Of a DNA stretch of 64,000 nucleotides, positions 38,744-51,310 are shown piece by piece (the first letter of the stretch is position 1; every line of letters begins with the position of its first letter). Source of the stretch: Podospora anserina (lineage: Eukaryota); contig CM030338.1 in the NCBI GenBank assembly GCA_017654855.1, positions 3,038,001 to 3,102,000 of the forward strand, written 5' to 3'. The notes under the pieces are model-generated. The model saw only the letters and a list, made by a program, of their open reading frames with translations. It made no database searches and was not told where the DNA came from. The translations under genes were made by a program, and so were the position numbers.

Positions 38744-40843
38744 TTATTCTTCACCCTCACCATCACCTCCAGCAGCCTTCCCCTTCTTCGACCTCTTCCT
38801 CTTCTTTTTCCTCTCCCCCTCCACAATCCCATCCACCGCCACCTTCTTCTCCTGCTCCTTCTCCTCTCCACCCTCCTTCTTCTCCCTCTTCTCAACCCTA
38901 ACCGAATTAGCCCCACTCCCCTTCTCCTTCTTCTTACCCTTCCCCTCATCCAACAGCTTCTCAAACCCATACGTCGGCCCCGACTCCTCAAACTCCTTCC
39001 CAAAAGTATCCCTCCTCCACTGTCTCAACCTCGCCTTCTTCCCCAGCTTCTTCTTGTCCTTCTTCTTCTTCTCCGCGTCCCTAAACGAGGCCAGCTTCTT
39101 CAACCCCGCAAACTCATTCAGCGCCGCGTCCGAGGGCGCCAGAAGGATATCACGGGCCGTGAGACCGAATGATGTTGGGGAGGTCTCGCGGTACTTGAAG
39201 GTGAACTGCTCCTTGCCCTTCTTCTCCAGCGCGCGGGGCTGGTCAATCTCCATCTTGGTGTCGACCAGGGCTTCAATCTTGGCAAGCTCGGCCCTGGCTT
39301 GTTTCTTGGCCGCCGCCTTTTCCTTCTTGAGATCCTTGGTGGTCTTGCGCTTCTTGGCTGGGCGGTCAGAGTCATCTGAATCATCAGAGTTGGAGCCCTC
39401 AACTGAAGGGGCAGGCTGATCAGCCTCGAGGTCGGAAAGGGCAATAGCGGGTACTTCTTCCTCGTCTTCCTTGAAGTCAGGGATGATGTCCTTGATGTCG
39501 ATATCGTCATCCCATTTGGGCTTCTTGGGCTTTTTGGAATTCTTTTTCTTCTTGCCGTCTTCGTCCTCGCTGCCAGAGGCTTCCTCCTCCTCGCTGTCGA
39601 TGACCATGTCGTCGACCTCATTGTAGTAGTCATCATTGAATCGCTTCTTCATTTCCTCCTCCCAGTCGTCATCCTCCCATGCCTTGTCCAAGAACTCAAC
39701 CCACTCCTCATCCGTAAGCTGCTTCCCGCTCATGCCCGCCGCCTGCTTAATCTTCTTCAACCTCTCAGACGCCTCGTCCACCTTGAGCCTCCTGAGCCTC
39801 GCTCTTTCCGCCTCCCTCTCCTTCTTCTCAGCCTCCTTCCTCTCCTTCTCGAGAGCTCTCAGCTTTTTACGTCCAGTCAGCTCCTCCTTGCGAGCGGAGC
39901 GCGCATTGGCCAGGTTTCTCGAGTACGTCTTCAGGACCTCATTGCTCTTGGTGGGGTCTTCGAATCGCATATTATAGGCATGCTCGAACTCGTCAGCAAT
40001 ATCGTCCTCGGCATCCTCTTCGTCAGAGTCAAATGCTTGCCACTTGTGGTCAGGCGCCCACGCCTTGGAAGCCATGAACTTGGACAGAAACTCCTCCGGG
40101 TTCTTGTCGGCGTTCTTCACGTCCAGCTCCGTCACCTCGACGACGGCGGCTCTGGAAGGGTGGACGCCGTTGGCAGCAGGGGCGGGTTCGGCCTTTTTGA
40201 CGGGCTTGATAAAGGCGTCGTCGTCGCTCCATTCCTCGTCGTCGGCGCCGGCGGCGTTGTTGATTTCGGCCATGATGGCATTCTTGAGTTCGGCCTGCTC
40301 CTGGACGTAGGTTCTGGGAACGTTGGGGTCGGCGGCGGTGGCATCATCGTCTGCGCCGACGTCGCCAGCCATGTAGCGCTCGCGGTGGTAGTCGCGGAGG
40401 AACATGGGCTTTTCCTTCTTTTCCTCATCGTCCTTCTTCACATCTGTGGTAGGGTCGAAAGGCTTGTAGAAGACGGCTTCCTTATCATAAATGCGCGGAT
40501 CCTTGTTCTTGATAGCGGCGAGCGTGGCTGAGATTTCGGCGTCCAAGTCCTCGGTGATCAAGGCGGCTTCGTCGTCCTCGGATTCGTCGTCAGAAGAGGA
40601 CTCGGACTCCTCGCCGGCGCCGTACTTTTCCTGCAGGCGGTGAAGCTCCTCTCTCTTCTTGTTGTGCTCGAAGCGGCGGGCGTATTCCTCGTTGATGTTG
40701 AGGCCGGGTGTCTGGCCACCGAGAGTAACGCCGCCATCTTCCTGGTCATCTTCGCTGCTGGAGGCAGAGTCGTCGAAAAGGGACTGCTTCTTGGGGACAA
40801 TCTTGTCGCCGCTCCGGGCGGTTTTCGCAGAAGCTGAGGCCAT
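38744..40843 (-). CDS. KRI1: Ribosome biogenesis protein Kri1
   Basis: INEEYARRFEHNKKREEL, KPMFLRDY, FEHAYNMRFED, FKYRETSPTSFGLTARDIL and LNEFAGLKKLASFR. Confidence 0.92.
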   Translation of the reverse strand: MASASAKTARSGDKIVPKKQSLFDDSASSSEDDQEDGGVTLGGQTPGLNINEEYARRFEHNKKREELHRLQEKYGAGEESESSSDDESEDDEAALITEDLDAEISATLAAIKNKDPRIYDKEAVFYKPFDPTTDVKKDDEEKKEKPMFLRDYHRERYMAGDVGADDDATAADPNVPRTYVQEQAELKNAIMAEINNAAGADDEEWSDDDAFIKPVKKAEPAPAANGVHPSRAAVVEVTELDVKNADKNPEEFLSKFMASKAWAPDHKWQAFDSDEEDAEDDIADEFEHAYNMRFEDPTKSNEVLKTYSRNLANARSARKEELTGRKKLRALEKERKEAEKKEREAERARLRRLKVDEASERLKKIKQAAGMSGKQLTDEEWVEFLDKAWEDDDWEEEMKKRFNDDYYNEVDDMVIDSEEEEASGSEDEDGKKKKNSKKPKKPKWDDDIDIKDIIPDFKEDEEEVPAIALSDLEADQPAPSVEGSNSDDSDDSDRPAKKRKTTKDLKKEKAAAKKQARAELAKIEALVDTKMEIDQPRALEKKGKEQFTFKYRETSPTSFGLTARDILLAPSDAALNEFAGLKKLASFRDAEKKKKDKKKLGKKARLRQWRRDTFGKEFEESGPTYGFEKLLDEGKGKKKEKGSGANSVRVEKREKKEGGEEKEQEKKVAVDGIVEGERKKKRKRSKKGKAAGGDGEGEE

Positions 40844-41863
40844 TTTTGGATCAACCTTGCGATCTTTGGGCGGTCAATTCGAAAAAGGGAAAAATTTTGG
40901 AGAAGGAAGAGGGAGCTGCAAACTCCGGTGTTGAACTTTTTAGTGGGGCTACTAAGAAGTGGAGATGGGCTCATGCACAGACCACATGTAACGATCAGAA
41001 GACAAAGCTCCACCAGTGGCAGGGGTCACTTACACTGACACCGACTCCAAGAAGAGTTTCAATGATGGATGATATGTACATGTGATTTTACAGCATAATA
41101 TTATGGGAATGGAATTGGCAAGACATTGGTAGAGGATAGAGGATGAGGAGTGGATGTCCTGGCAGCTCCCGTGTCTTTCTCACACCATCCTGGGATGCTA
41201 TTTGGACTGCTATGGCTTGGAAATAGGAAAAGCAGACTCTTCATTTCATATCTACCTGACATGGGACGTCATGACACGCGTATAACTTCCAGGTTATTTT
41301 CAAAAGTACACAGGGTTGGCAGCTGCCTAGATCTTGATGTGTTGTTAGTTGTTACCTAAGCCTTCAGCTATAAATCACTTCTCCAGGTACCTCTATAGAT
41401 TGGATGACAATGTAGAAAAGACACTGGAATTCTCTGACAATATGTTCTGGTTCTTCAGCTTTGGAAAATGTACCTGTTTAAGCTACTTGCAGTCAAATTC
41501 CATTTCATCCTGGAGCTGTCTTGCCTCTTAGTGCCAATGTGGCACGTGCACTGTTGGAGCGCAATCGCCTTGACACTAAGCCTGATTTGGAGTTGGCTCG
41601 GAACTCCCATTGCCCATGCATCGCCGCCGCCGTCGTCGCATGCATCCTGGTTCCCGAACGCTGTCTACCTATCACGTCACTTCGATTCCAGCATCGAAGC
41701 CAACACCACGCAACACTTTGCAAGTCCACATACGCATCTTGCCATCACCAAGAGGGCCTGCCATTTCTTCTCTTCTCGCTCTGCCCTGCTTTTGTCTTTT
41801 TTTGCTTGCTGAAGCCCTCGCCGACCGGTGTTCCGATCTCTCTCCCCGCTACAATATCCCAGA

Positions 41864-42703
41864 ATGGCCGACTCAGGTGCTCCCAAACCAAGCAGCAGCG
41901 TCAAGCTGGTGCTGCTCGGTGAAGCTGCTGTGGGAAAAGTACGTCTCTTTGCTGCCTCTAAACACCGTCAACGTTTACCCCTCCCGCTCCATCTCCATCG
42001 TACGACTGCTAACAAGACCTGTTCCAGTCATCTCTCGTTCTGCGGTTCGTCAATAACGATTTCCAAGAGAACAAGGAGCCAACAATAGGAGGTATGTTGA
42101 TCGGGGTACACTCTGATGTTTGCAATACTGACTCCTTCTCAAATAGCTGCCTTCCTGACTCAAAAATGCAATCTACCCACACGCACTATCAAGTTCGAGA
42201 TCTGGGATACCGCCGGCCAGGAAAGATTCGCCTCTCTCGCCCCCATGTACTACCGCAACGCCCAGGCAGCGCTTGTGGTCTACGACCTGACGAAGCCCAC
42301 CTCGTTGATCAAGGCGAAACACTGGGTTGCCGAGCTGCAACGGCAGGCCTCGCCCGGTATTGTCATTGCTCTCGTCGGCAACAAGCTCGATCTCACAAAC
42401 GATAGTGCTGGTGGAGACGGGGAAGGGGCTGTTGTTGGTGATGGAGAGGATGCCAGAAAGGTGACGACAGAGGAGGCCAAGTCGTATGCTGAGGAGGAGG
42501 GGCTTCTTTTCTTCGAGACCAGTGCCAAGACGGGCTACAACGTCACTGAGGTGTTCACGGCTATTGCAAATGCCATCCCTGAGACATCGCTCAAGACGGC
42601 TCGGGGCCCTGGTGCCTCTTCTGCGGCTGCTCGTACGGAGGAGCAGAGGGTCAACCTCAATGGTCCTCGGGATCCAAATGCCAAGGAGGGATGTGCTTGT
42701 TGA
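41864..42703 (+). CDS. VPS21: Rab5-family GTPase (Vps21/Ypt51-type)
   Basis: [39 protein letters not shown] and C-terminal CAC prenylation motif. Introns at about 41939-42027 and 42092-42145. Confidence 0.88.
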
Positions 42704-43670
42704 TGATGGGCTGGGATGTGGAGTGGAGGGCTTTCTTTTGGTGGACGGGAGAGGGCTGCGACGGGATTTGCATTTTATGGGTACAGGAGTGTCTGGTTTC
42801 TCATTTGGGCAGGAGTAAATAGTGGTTTAGGTGTTTTCTGTCGTTTTTAATGCCATTGCGTTCCTGTATGGTGTCTTGGTGTTTGAGGGACTCGATACCC
42901 TGTCATGTCCGTATCTTTTGACAAGAGTGAACATATCGTCACAAAATCATCCAAGGCTTGAACCAATTACATGTTGAACCAGCCTTTGTAAAGTATATTT
43001 TCTTTCGAGGCGGATTCCCATGCCTCAACGGTTGGACCTCAGAGTGTCCTTGCTGGTGCCACTCATGAATGCCTCACAGGAAGCCACATACGCGCAGTCT
43101 TGAATGTGGCAGAAGTAAAAACAGTTTGAACATCAGCTCGAACAAGGTAGAATGACAATACTCGCAAGGGAACTCCATCAATTGCCCCTATTGTCTACAT
43201 CACCATGGGAATTTCTCCAAGTTGCCCCACTGAGTGAGTGAAGTGCAACGTTCTGGCGCTCCAATATTTAATGGTGGCCCAAGCGGCGGTGGCGCACGTG
43301 CTGCTTGAATTGGTCTCCCAAAATTTTATTGAGCCCAGATTGCGAAACGCGACAGCAGAGCGCATCCAGCTCGACTCTCAAACCGCCATCGCTTTTGATT
43401 CAGCCTTTGAAAACGACATTCGATAGCTCATATTTTTGAGCCGTTACTTTTGGAAACAAGAAGAACCCACCAGCGTCGATTTTCCCCCCCAAGGCCACGT
43501 CTTTCGCTGCCAGGCTACGACCGGCGACTTTTCGCTTCGCGCGTTGCCCGCTCTCGCCTCCGCAAGTGTAACGCAACATCCCCAATTTCGATGCCGGCGA
43601 CACTCCACCACTCTACTTGACCCTTTTCTTGGGCGGCGGCACCGCAACTATCGCGGATTGCAGGGAAATC

Positions 43671-46600
43671 ATGGCGGCGTCATTCACCATCACCGAGGCC
43701 CAGGCCGAGCTTATTCGGTACGTCTCTGTCCCAAGCCGCTCTCTTTTTACAAGGGATGACACTAACAAAAAGTCGCACCACACAGGTCTCTACCTCAGGA
43801 AGACATACCTGCGAAGCTCCGATGTGCTATTTGTAGCAAACTAGCTGTCAACGCTTTCCGTTTGCCCTGCTGCGACCAGGCCATCTGCGAGGGTTGTCAG
43901 TCGACCCTGCCTGCGTCGTGTCCTGTTTGCGAACACTCCCCGCTCTCGGCCGACGATTGCAAGGCTCACAAAGCACTGCGGACGACCATTAAGGTTTTTC
44001 TTCGGACAGAGGAGAAGAAGAGGGAGTCAAATCGGCCAAAGGAGGCTACTCCCATCACTCCTGTCGATCCTAGCCCGGTTTCGGCAACTGCCCCAGTGCC
44101 ACCTGAGCTGAATGAGCAATCGGCTGAGTCTGTGGCGCCTGCTGGGGATAATCAAGAACAATCCAGCTCAGAGGCACCTGCTGCTGAAGCTTCCGTCGAG
44201 ACTTCCCATGGCCAGGAAAATGGTGAAGCGGCACCTGGTCAGAATGACGAGACTTTAGAGCATGATGCTGCTGATTCTGTAAGTTTTCTTGGACTTGTAC
44301 CTCTACGGAAAACACACAGTTTGCTAACCATGATCAAGGACCAACCTTCACATCCTGCTCCCGAGGGCGAGGGCGTAGGAGAAGCCACATCAACCGAATT
44401 GGTGAAGCAAGAAGGCACTGAAGTTGCCGAGGGCGAGGAAACTGAGGAAGTCAACGGCGAGGAGGGGGATGGAAATGGGAATGACCAAGAGCAGAATGCA
44501 GATGGTACAGCCAAGCCCGTGACTGGCGGTTTCGGCATGGGCTTTGGCGGCAACTTTGAACAAATGCCAATGATGATGGCCATGAACAACGGCTTTGGCA
44601 GTTTTCCAATGATGGGTCAGTCCAACTTTACCTGCGTGTAATCCTGCCATGTTGTGTGTAAAGTTTCTCGGATGCTAACTCTTTTTGCCAACTTTTAGGC
44701 ATGCCAGGCATGAACATGGACCCGGCGATGATGATGCAAATGTGGAGCGGGGGTTTTCAAGGCATGGGCATGAACGGCATGAACATGAACATGGGCATGG
44801 GAGCAGCAGCAGCAGCAGCAGGGTACGGTGGCGAGGCCGATAACTGGAGCGGACAGCAATCATGGAATGTCGGCCAAGATAATTACAATCATCCAAGCGC
44901 TTCTGGCATGGGCAATGGTGATTATGGCTCGTTTAACTCTGGCTTCCAAACAGGATATAATCAAGGTAATTATGGCCACCCAAATCAGTTCAATGACTAT
45001 CGCCGGAATCAGTGGGGGGGGTTCCCCCGTGGTAGAGGTCGCGGCCGCGGGTACGGGTATGGCGGCGGCGGGTATGGACGAGGAAACTTCCACAATGGGG
45101 GGTATGGGGGTGGGAATTATAATGATCAGAATTTCAACAACGGACAGCAGCAGTATCCCGGCAGTATGAACGGTCAGGGCAGCGAGTTTGGTGGCGGCGA
45201 GAATGGCGAAGGTGCTGTTGGCCCGAATGATGGTACCGTCGATGAGTTTGGGCGCTCTATTCGCGCTGATGACGGTGCTGAGGGCGCCGCTGATGGCCAC
45301 CAAGACGGGGTTCCGCATCATCAGGGAGAGGGTGGTGAAGAGGGGGCACACCACCAAGGCGAAGAGGGCGGTCCAGCCCAGCCAGCTGACGAAGTTCTGA
45401 TTAATGCACCCAAAGGTCCCAAGGCTATGTTGCGCGGTCTTCCCAACACGAGTTACATTCACCTACAAGCTAGAGGCTGGGTGGATGACGGGAAGCCGAA
45501 TACCCCCAACAGTGCGAATGGCACTGCGGCGCCTAGCCAGGCGGGCGATCACCCCCGGTCACGTAGTAGTTCCCCGAGTGGCTCGCGGAGGGGCGGTGGT
45601 GGTGAGGATTACCATCACCATCACTCTCACAGGGATAGGGATCATGAGGCTTATCACTCTTCGAGGAGAGAGAGGGGCAAGTCTTCGAGGCACGAGGGGC
45701 AGTCGACGAGGACGCATTCGCCTTCTGCGGTGGGGAGTCGGAGTGGGAGTCGCAGTCGGAGTGAGGATAGGAAGGAGAAGGAGGAGAGGCATCGGGGTGG
45801 TAGACGGCAGAGGTCGCATTCGCCTGATGGGGATAGGGAAGATGATGGGGAGGACCGCCGGCATAGGTCGCATCGCAGCAGTAGGAAGCATGATGATCGG
45901 AAGGAGAAGGATGAGCATACCCGCTCGCGCTCGGCGTCACCTCCGCCGGATGAGTCCCGAAGATCGAGCCATCGCAGCAGCAGGAAGGATCGCGACTCGG
46001 ATAAGAGACGGGATAGGGAGAAGGATCGGGATAGAGATGGGGAGCATGAGAGCAGCAGACATAAATCTAGCGGCCATCGGTCATCTCATCGGGATAGGGA
46101 CTACGATAAGGATCGCAGCGGACGAGACCGTGATAGAGAGCGGGACCGGGACCGCAATAGGGATCGCGACCGGGATAGGGATCGGGAAAGAGATAGGGAT
46201 AGGGACCGTGACCGGGAGAGAGATCGTGATAGGGACAGGAAGGAGCGTCGGGATCGGGATCGGGACAGGCGGGATAGGGATAAGGAGAGGCGTCATAGAG
46301 GTGGGAAGTCTACTGCTGATGGGGCTGAGGATGGGAGCTCGTCAAAGAGTAAAGGTTTGGAGATTAAGGGCGGTGGTGGTGGTTGGGGGGGGGGGGTCGA
46401 AGGGTCATGGAGAGAATGCTGCTGGTGATAGCGTCGCTGGTGGGAGAAGGTCAAGTGCTGCTACGACTGGGCCTGCGGTGCAGGATCCGCATGCTGCTGA
46501 ACGGGCTGCTCGGGATAGGGAGCGGTTGCTTAAGGAGACGCGACGGATGGCGAGTTTTGCTAGTATTGCTGGGTCGAAGAGGGGACGGGATAGGGATGGG

Positions 46601-46702
46601 GAGGGGGATGATGGGGAGAGGAGGAGGAGTAGGAGGAAGGGGAGACGTGGGGAGGTGGTGGATGGGGAGGGAGAGGAGAGGGAGAGAAGAGATTATGATT
46701 AA
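43671..46702 (+). CDS. RING-like Zn-finger protein with G/M/N-rich middle and RD/RS-rich tail; apparent +1 frameshift at a G12 run
   Basis: CAICSK..PCCDQAICEGC..CPVC after intron 43718-43785, with further introns at 44279-44338 and 44616-44698. The protein-like C-terminus (QDPHAAERAARDRERLLKE) is in a different frame after 46385-46396. Confidence 0.75.
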
Positions 46703-47743
46703 TGGGTGGTGAGATGCATGGGGTGTTGCAGGGTGGTTGTAGATTTACATAGGGGGGTTGTCACTCGGAAATCAAAAGCGCCCTTTTTGTGAAGATGGTT
46801 TTTTGGGGGTGAAATGGAAAAGAGGATAAAAAGCGATGTTCACGTTGGCATTGGTGGTGGGGTGTTGTTTGGTATATATAATATATGGTTGAGTGTGATG
46901 TATTTACAAGACTGGGGATCGGAGTATAATTGTGTCTTGTACCTACCGTCTTCATCAACGCTATCCACAGAATGAAGGTGTTTCTATGCTTCAGGTTACT
47001 GTGTCCCTACCACGCCATCAGCTCGTGTTCTACTTAGCCAGTTGAGCACACCCAGACGACCATGTTTTAGTTACGCCTTCATTCAGCCACACCAAAGGTT
47101 ACCACAACCATGCCATTGAGGTGACAGTGATATGCAGGGTCGCAGCTTATTATACCGGCATTCATCAACACAGATTTCCCAGTCAAGAAACACAGCCTGC
47201 ATCATCCCTCCCTCACCGTCCAATCCCATGCCCAGCTCGCCCGTCCGCGTGGTCGGTTTTAGCACCCAGTGAGGTGTTAGTGGCGTGGAGATGGTGGCCC
47301 CTAAGGGGAAGCATTGGTTGACTTCCGGGCGGGAACTGCGGGGTTAGCTGACGCTTGTGCCCCCAAACGGGGGGCTTGTCTCCAACTGACAGCTCCCTAT
47401 CGTGGTGGGGGGTACATGGGTGCATGGGTACCTCTCTCCATATCACTTACCGCATCTTAACAACCTCCGTTTGCCTCCCGTACCATCTCTCTCTCTTCCC
47501 GTGTCCTACCACTAGATCTGCTGCCAACCCCTCCCTCGGGCGTGAACTTTAACGACGGCTCTTTCTGATGATGTCCAGCTTTATTCATTGACAACTGATT
47601 ACACTGCAGTCAAAGAAAAAATATCAAAACATTTTACTACTTGCTTATAAACCACGTCGACCACTTTCAGCTCCTCCTCTCCATCTCATGTAACTTTCTT
47701 GCCTCACTCATACCATTTCCATCCCATTATTCACGACACAGCG

Positions 47744-50218
47744 ATGCGTCCGCTCCCCGGTGATGACGCCTTTGGTGGGCGTCCTCGGACCTCGACCATG
47801 GCGGGCGGCGACAGCGACACACCCGCCTTTTTGAACATGTCTTCTGCTGCTACCGCTGCTGCTGCTCCGCAAATGACTTATTTCTTTGCTGATGAAGCTT
47901 CCATTGGGGATTCTTCGAATGCGAGACCACCTGCTTCGTTTCATCATCATCATCATCATCACAGGTCGAAGGATAGCAAGAGGTTCCCTTCTCTGGATCA
48001 TCCTGATCATTATTCGCATCATATTCCCAAACAATATCCGCCACGCAGCTCACCAGCTGTTCAGTACGAAGACCGCGACGTCAGCGGCGGTAGAGCGATA
48101 AGCTCAAGCTCAAACTCCAAAGGCAAAGCTGTGGTGGCTGCTGCTGCTGATAACACTGCTGTCAATTCCAAACCTAATGACAGTGATGACCTGGCCACGC
48201 CTATGCCAGTGACCTCGGGCAATTTCCCAAAGTTATCATCGCCCCATCCTCCACCGCCGTTATCGACTACTTCCAACTCCCGCCCTACCACCCCGTTTCT
48301 GTCCGCCGGTCCAGCTTCAACACTGGGAAGTATCTCCTCTCGACGAAACTCATTGTCGTTATCCTCCGCCCCGTCTGTTATCGGAACCGACTACGACGAT
48401 CATTTATACCCCGACGAAGACGAGCAACAATTGCAAGAGACAGAAATCATGGAAAGCAGCGGGAGTGTGCCGCAGCTGGTTATGCCCAGTATCAAGATGC
48501 CTTCTCGACGGCCGTTTACCGAACAGGGGAAACAGATGGGTAGATTGAAGGTGTTGATTGCTGGGGATAGTGGTGTGGGAAAGACTAGTTTGATCAAGGC
48601 TGTGGTGCAGAGCTGTGAGAGTGTTGTGCATGTTGATTCGATTGTTGCTGGAGAAGGGAATGGGATGCTGAGGAGTTTGCCTGTGGGAGGCAGGAGGGGG
48701 AAGGGGAGTGGGGAGACGAGGGAGATTACCGAGGTTTGGGCTAGTACGAAGCCTTATCCTGAGTGGTGGAGTGAGGTAGAGGCGGGGGGTGGTGGGTTGG
48801 GGGGGAGGAAGAGTTTGGGGGATGAGGTGCTGGATAGGAATGTTTGTTTTGTTGATACGATGGGGTATGGGTTTGGGAGTTCGGTGAGTTTTATGAGCGA
48901 AGGGGTGAGAATGGGGTTGGGATGAATGAGGGCTAATTTGTGATGGCAGTCTATGGATACTATTACGCCGGTGTCGGAGTATATTCAGGGTCATCTTCAG
49001 CGAATTAGTAGTGGTTCGTTGAGTGATGGGGATGTGTTGAGCATGCTGGGTGGTGAGGGGGGTGTGCAGGTTGATGTGGTGTTTTATATGGTGTCGAACC
49101 GTGAGTAGAGGTTCTCGTTGTCTGGGGTCCGGTATATGCTGACTTCGATATTAGGCCTCCGCCCTGTTGATATTCACTACTTACGACAACTCTCACCCTT
49201 GACCAACATCATTATCCTGTTGGCGCAAACTGACCTTATGTCTGCGGACCAGGTTGCCGCAAGCAAGGAGCAAATCTACAGCCAGCTGAAAGAGGCCAGT
49301 ATCCGCCTCTTCTCTTTCAACACAACCTCTTTCAATTCCGATAAGCAAGGGGTATACGCCACATCCAGTGCCAACGGCTCAGACCACGACAACATGGACG
49401 CAAGCCTCCTCATGTCTCCCGACTACGTCCAACCACTCTTCCCAACTGAACTCGCCACCCTCGTCGAGCAAGTCTTCAACAAAGATGGCATCTCCCGCCT
49501 CCGTCACGCAGCCGCCCGTAAATACATCCAATGGCGAAAGACCCAGTCCCCAAGCCCACTATCGCTGCCACAGCGGTCCCTCCGCATGTCCAACTCCTTC
49601 AGCCAAAATTCTGTTTCTGGAAGCCAGATGCTCAACCCGCTTGGTAGCCCTCCATCGTACGCCCTAGCCAGAATCACAGACCACACCCAAAGAGAGGAAC
49701 GCCTCGCCCAAGTCCGCTTTGCCAACTGGGCTGCTGACCTGCAGAAATCCATTGCCACCGAGAGGGCTCAGTATCTGGCCCTTGCCCGTGGTGACCGTGT
49801 CCTCTGGCTGACGGAACGGCTTAATGAGTGTATCCAAGAGGGGAGTCTAGTCCCAGTGAATAGTAGACAGCATACCCACCGCCACCGTGGAAGGAGTGGG
49901 AGTGATGGGTTAGAGTCACAGAGGTATAATAATGTGAGGAGACAGCAGCAAGTGAGGCAGGTGCATAGGGAGAGTAGTTTGAGGAAGGAACCAGAGGGGA
50001 AGCAGCAGCAGCAGCATCAGCAAAACTCGAATCATGACCCGTTGGGGTTGTTGGAAGTGGCGGCTGACTTGAGGAGGAAGGGGTTGGTTGTTTTGGAGGT
50101 GTTGGGGAGTATTGGGGTTTTGGGCGGGGTGGTGGTTTGGGTTGTTGATCGGTGGGTGCATGTGCAGGCTATTGGGTGGGTGTTGGGGGAGTGGGAGAGG
50201 TGGTGGGAGGGGAGGTGA
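47744..50218 (+). CDS. Septin-related P-loop GTPase-like protein with C-terminal hydrophobic segment
   Basis: KVLIAGDSGVGKTSLI, NVCFVDTMGYG and TNIIILLAQTD. Introns at 48884-48949 and 49101-49154. Hydrophobic tail LVVLEVLGSIGVLGGVVVWVV. Confidence 0.75.
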
Positions 50219-50703
50219 TTTAGGGTGGGGAGGTGATGGGTGGAGAGGTTAGGGGTGATTTAGGGGGTTTAAGGGGGTATATAATACAGATGGTACTATC
50301 TGAGAATGGGGCCATGTTTTTTGAAAGAATGGAGCATATGGGACTTGGGAGTAGGGGGTGTTGAGGGGGATATATCATGTAATTTTTGGTTGGGGGTATA
50401 TATAGTGAGAAAGAAACGGATATTTAAGTTTGTAAAGACTCTTCCACTGTGTTGAGCTGAGTGAGCGGGGACTTTTGCTTGTGGTCTGCTTTGGGGGAGC
50501 TTGGTCAAGTGTGTGAACTAGTGTGAGGTGTGTAGATGTGATGGTGTTGGAGAGTCAAAGAAATGTAAGAACACAGAATGGCGGCCGTTTTGCTCACTGT
50601 AAAGGAATGTGTAGGAGCTTATGTGTGTGTGTGATCGAGTGGTCTTGGTGGTCTTGTTCAGTTTGGCGGAGGGGAAGAGGCGCTGTTGTGGGAGATAGGG
50701 GCC

Positions 50704-51015
50704 TACCAGCGCCCCGCTCTCTACCTATTCACTCACCCTCCCTATAATAAAAGGTCTTAAAAGAAAATTAATGCGCCTTTAAACTATCTTTTAAGGCCTT
50801 TCAATCATCTTTCAAGGCGTTTGAACTATCTTTTAAGCCCTTCTAATTATCTTCTGAAGCCTCTTAACTATTTTCCTGACGTCTTTTGACTATCCTTTAA
50901 AGCCTACCAAATATCCTTTAACTCTTAATAATCATCATTCGAAATATAGTTAAACTCTATATAAAGGGGGCGTGTTGGTTAGATAAATAGGGGGCTCCGT
51001 AAAGCTTCTTTCCAA
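50704..51015. mobile_element. AT-rich MITE-like element, copy 1 (about 7 x 21-bp tandem units plus inverted-repeat end)
   Basis: Units resembling GCCTCTTAACTATCTTTTAAG at 50775-50921. Its CTACCTATTCACTCACCCTCCCTATAAT matches CTACCGATTTACTTACCCTTCCTATAAT in copy 2. Bases 50972-51005 are an inverted copy of 56908-56941. Confidence 0.65.
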
Positions 51016-51310
51016 AGTAATGGAGGCTGCCACGTGAAATTTGGGCCATGAAAGATTATCAACAAGCCTTCGGACACAATAAAACGCCTGTGGGTGGCGG
51101 TGACATGTATGTGTGTGATGGCGGCATCTAATAGGGCAGCTGCATTGCGGCTTCCTTCTCTGTTGAGAATGTCTAGCAGGCTCAGCCGCAGAGCCACACA
51201 AAGTGCAGAATTTGATGAGGCTGGCAGGCACGAAGCGGGGTTTCCCATTTTCGAAAACTACTTCCGAACTTTACAACTTCTCTGTTGGGATTTGCAAGTG
51301 TGTACTCAAC

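Noticed and set aside
7134-42703. VPS9 GEF, Rab5 and ATG15 as a functional endosomal cluster
   Set aside because: They are about 32 kb apart and separated by unrelated genes, so the proximity is probably coincidental.
50215-50280. TTAGGG-like motifs as an interstitial telomere
   Set aside because: There are only scattered imperfect copies within a generally G-rich 3' region.
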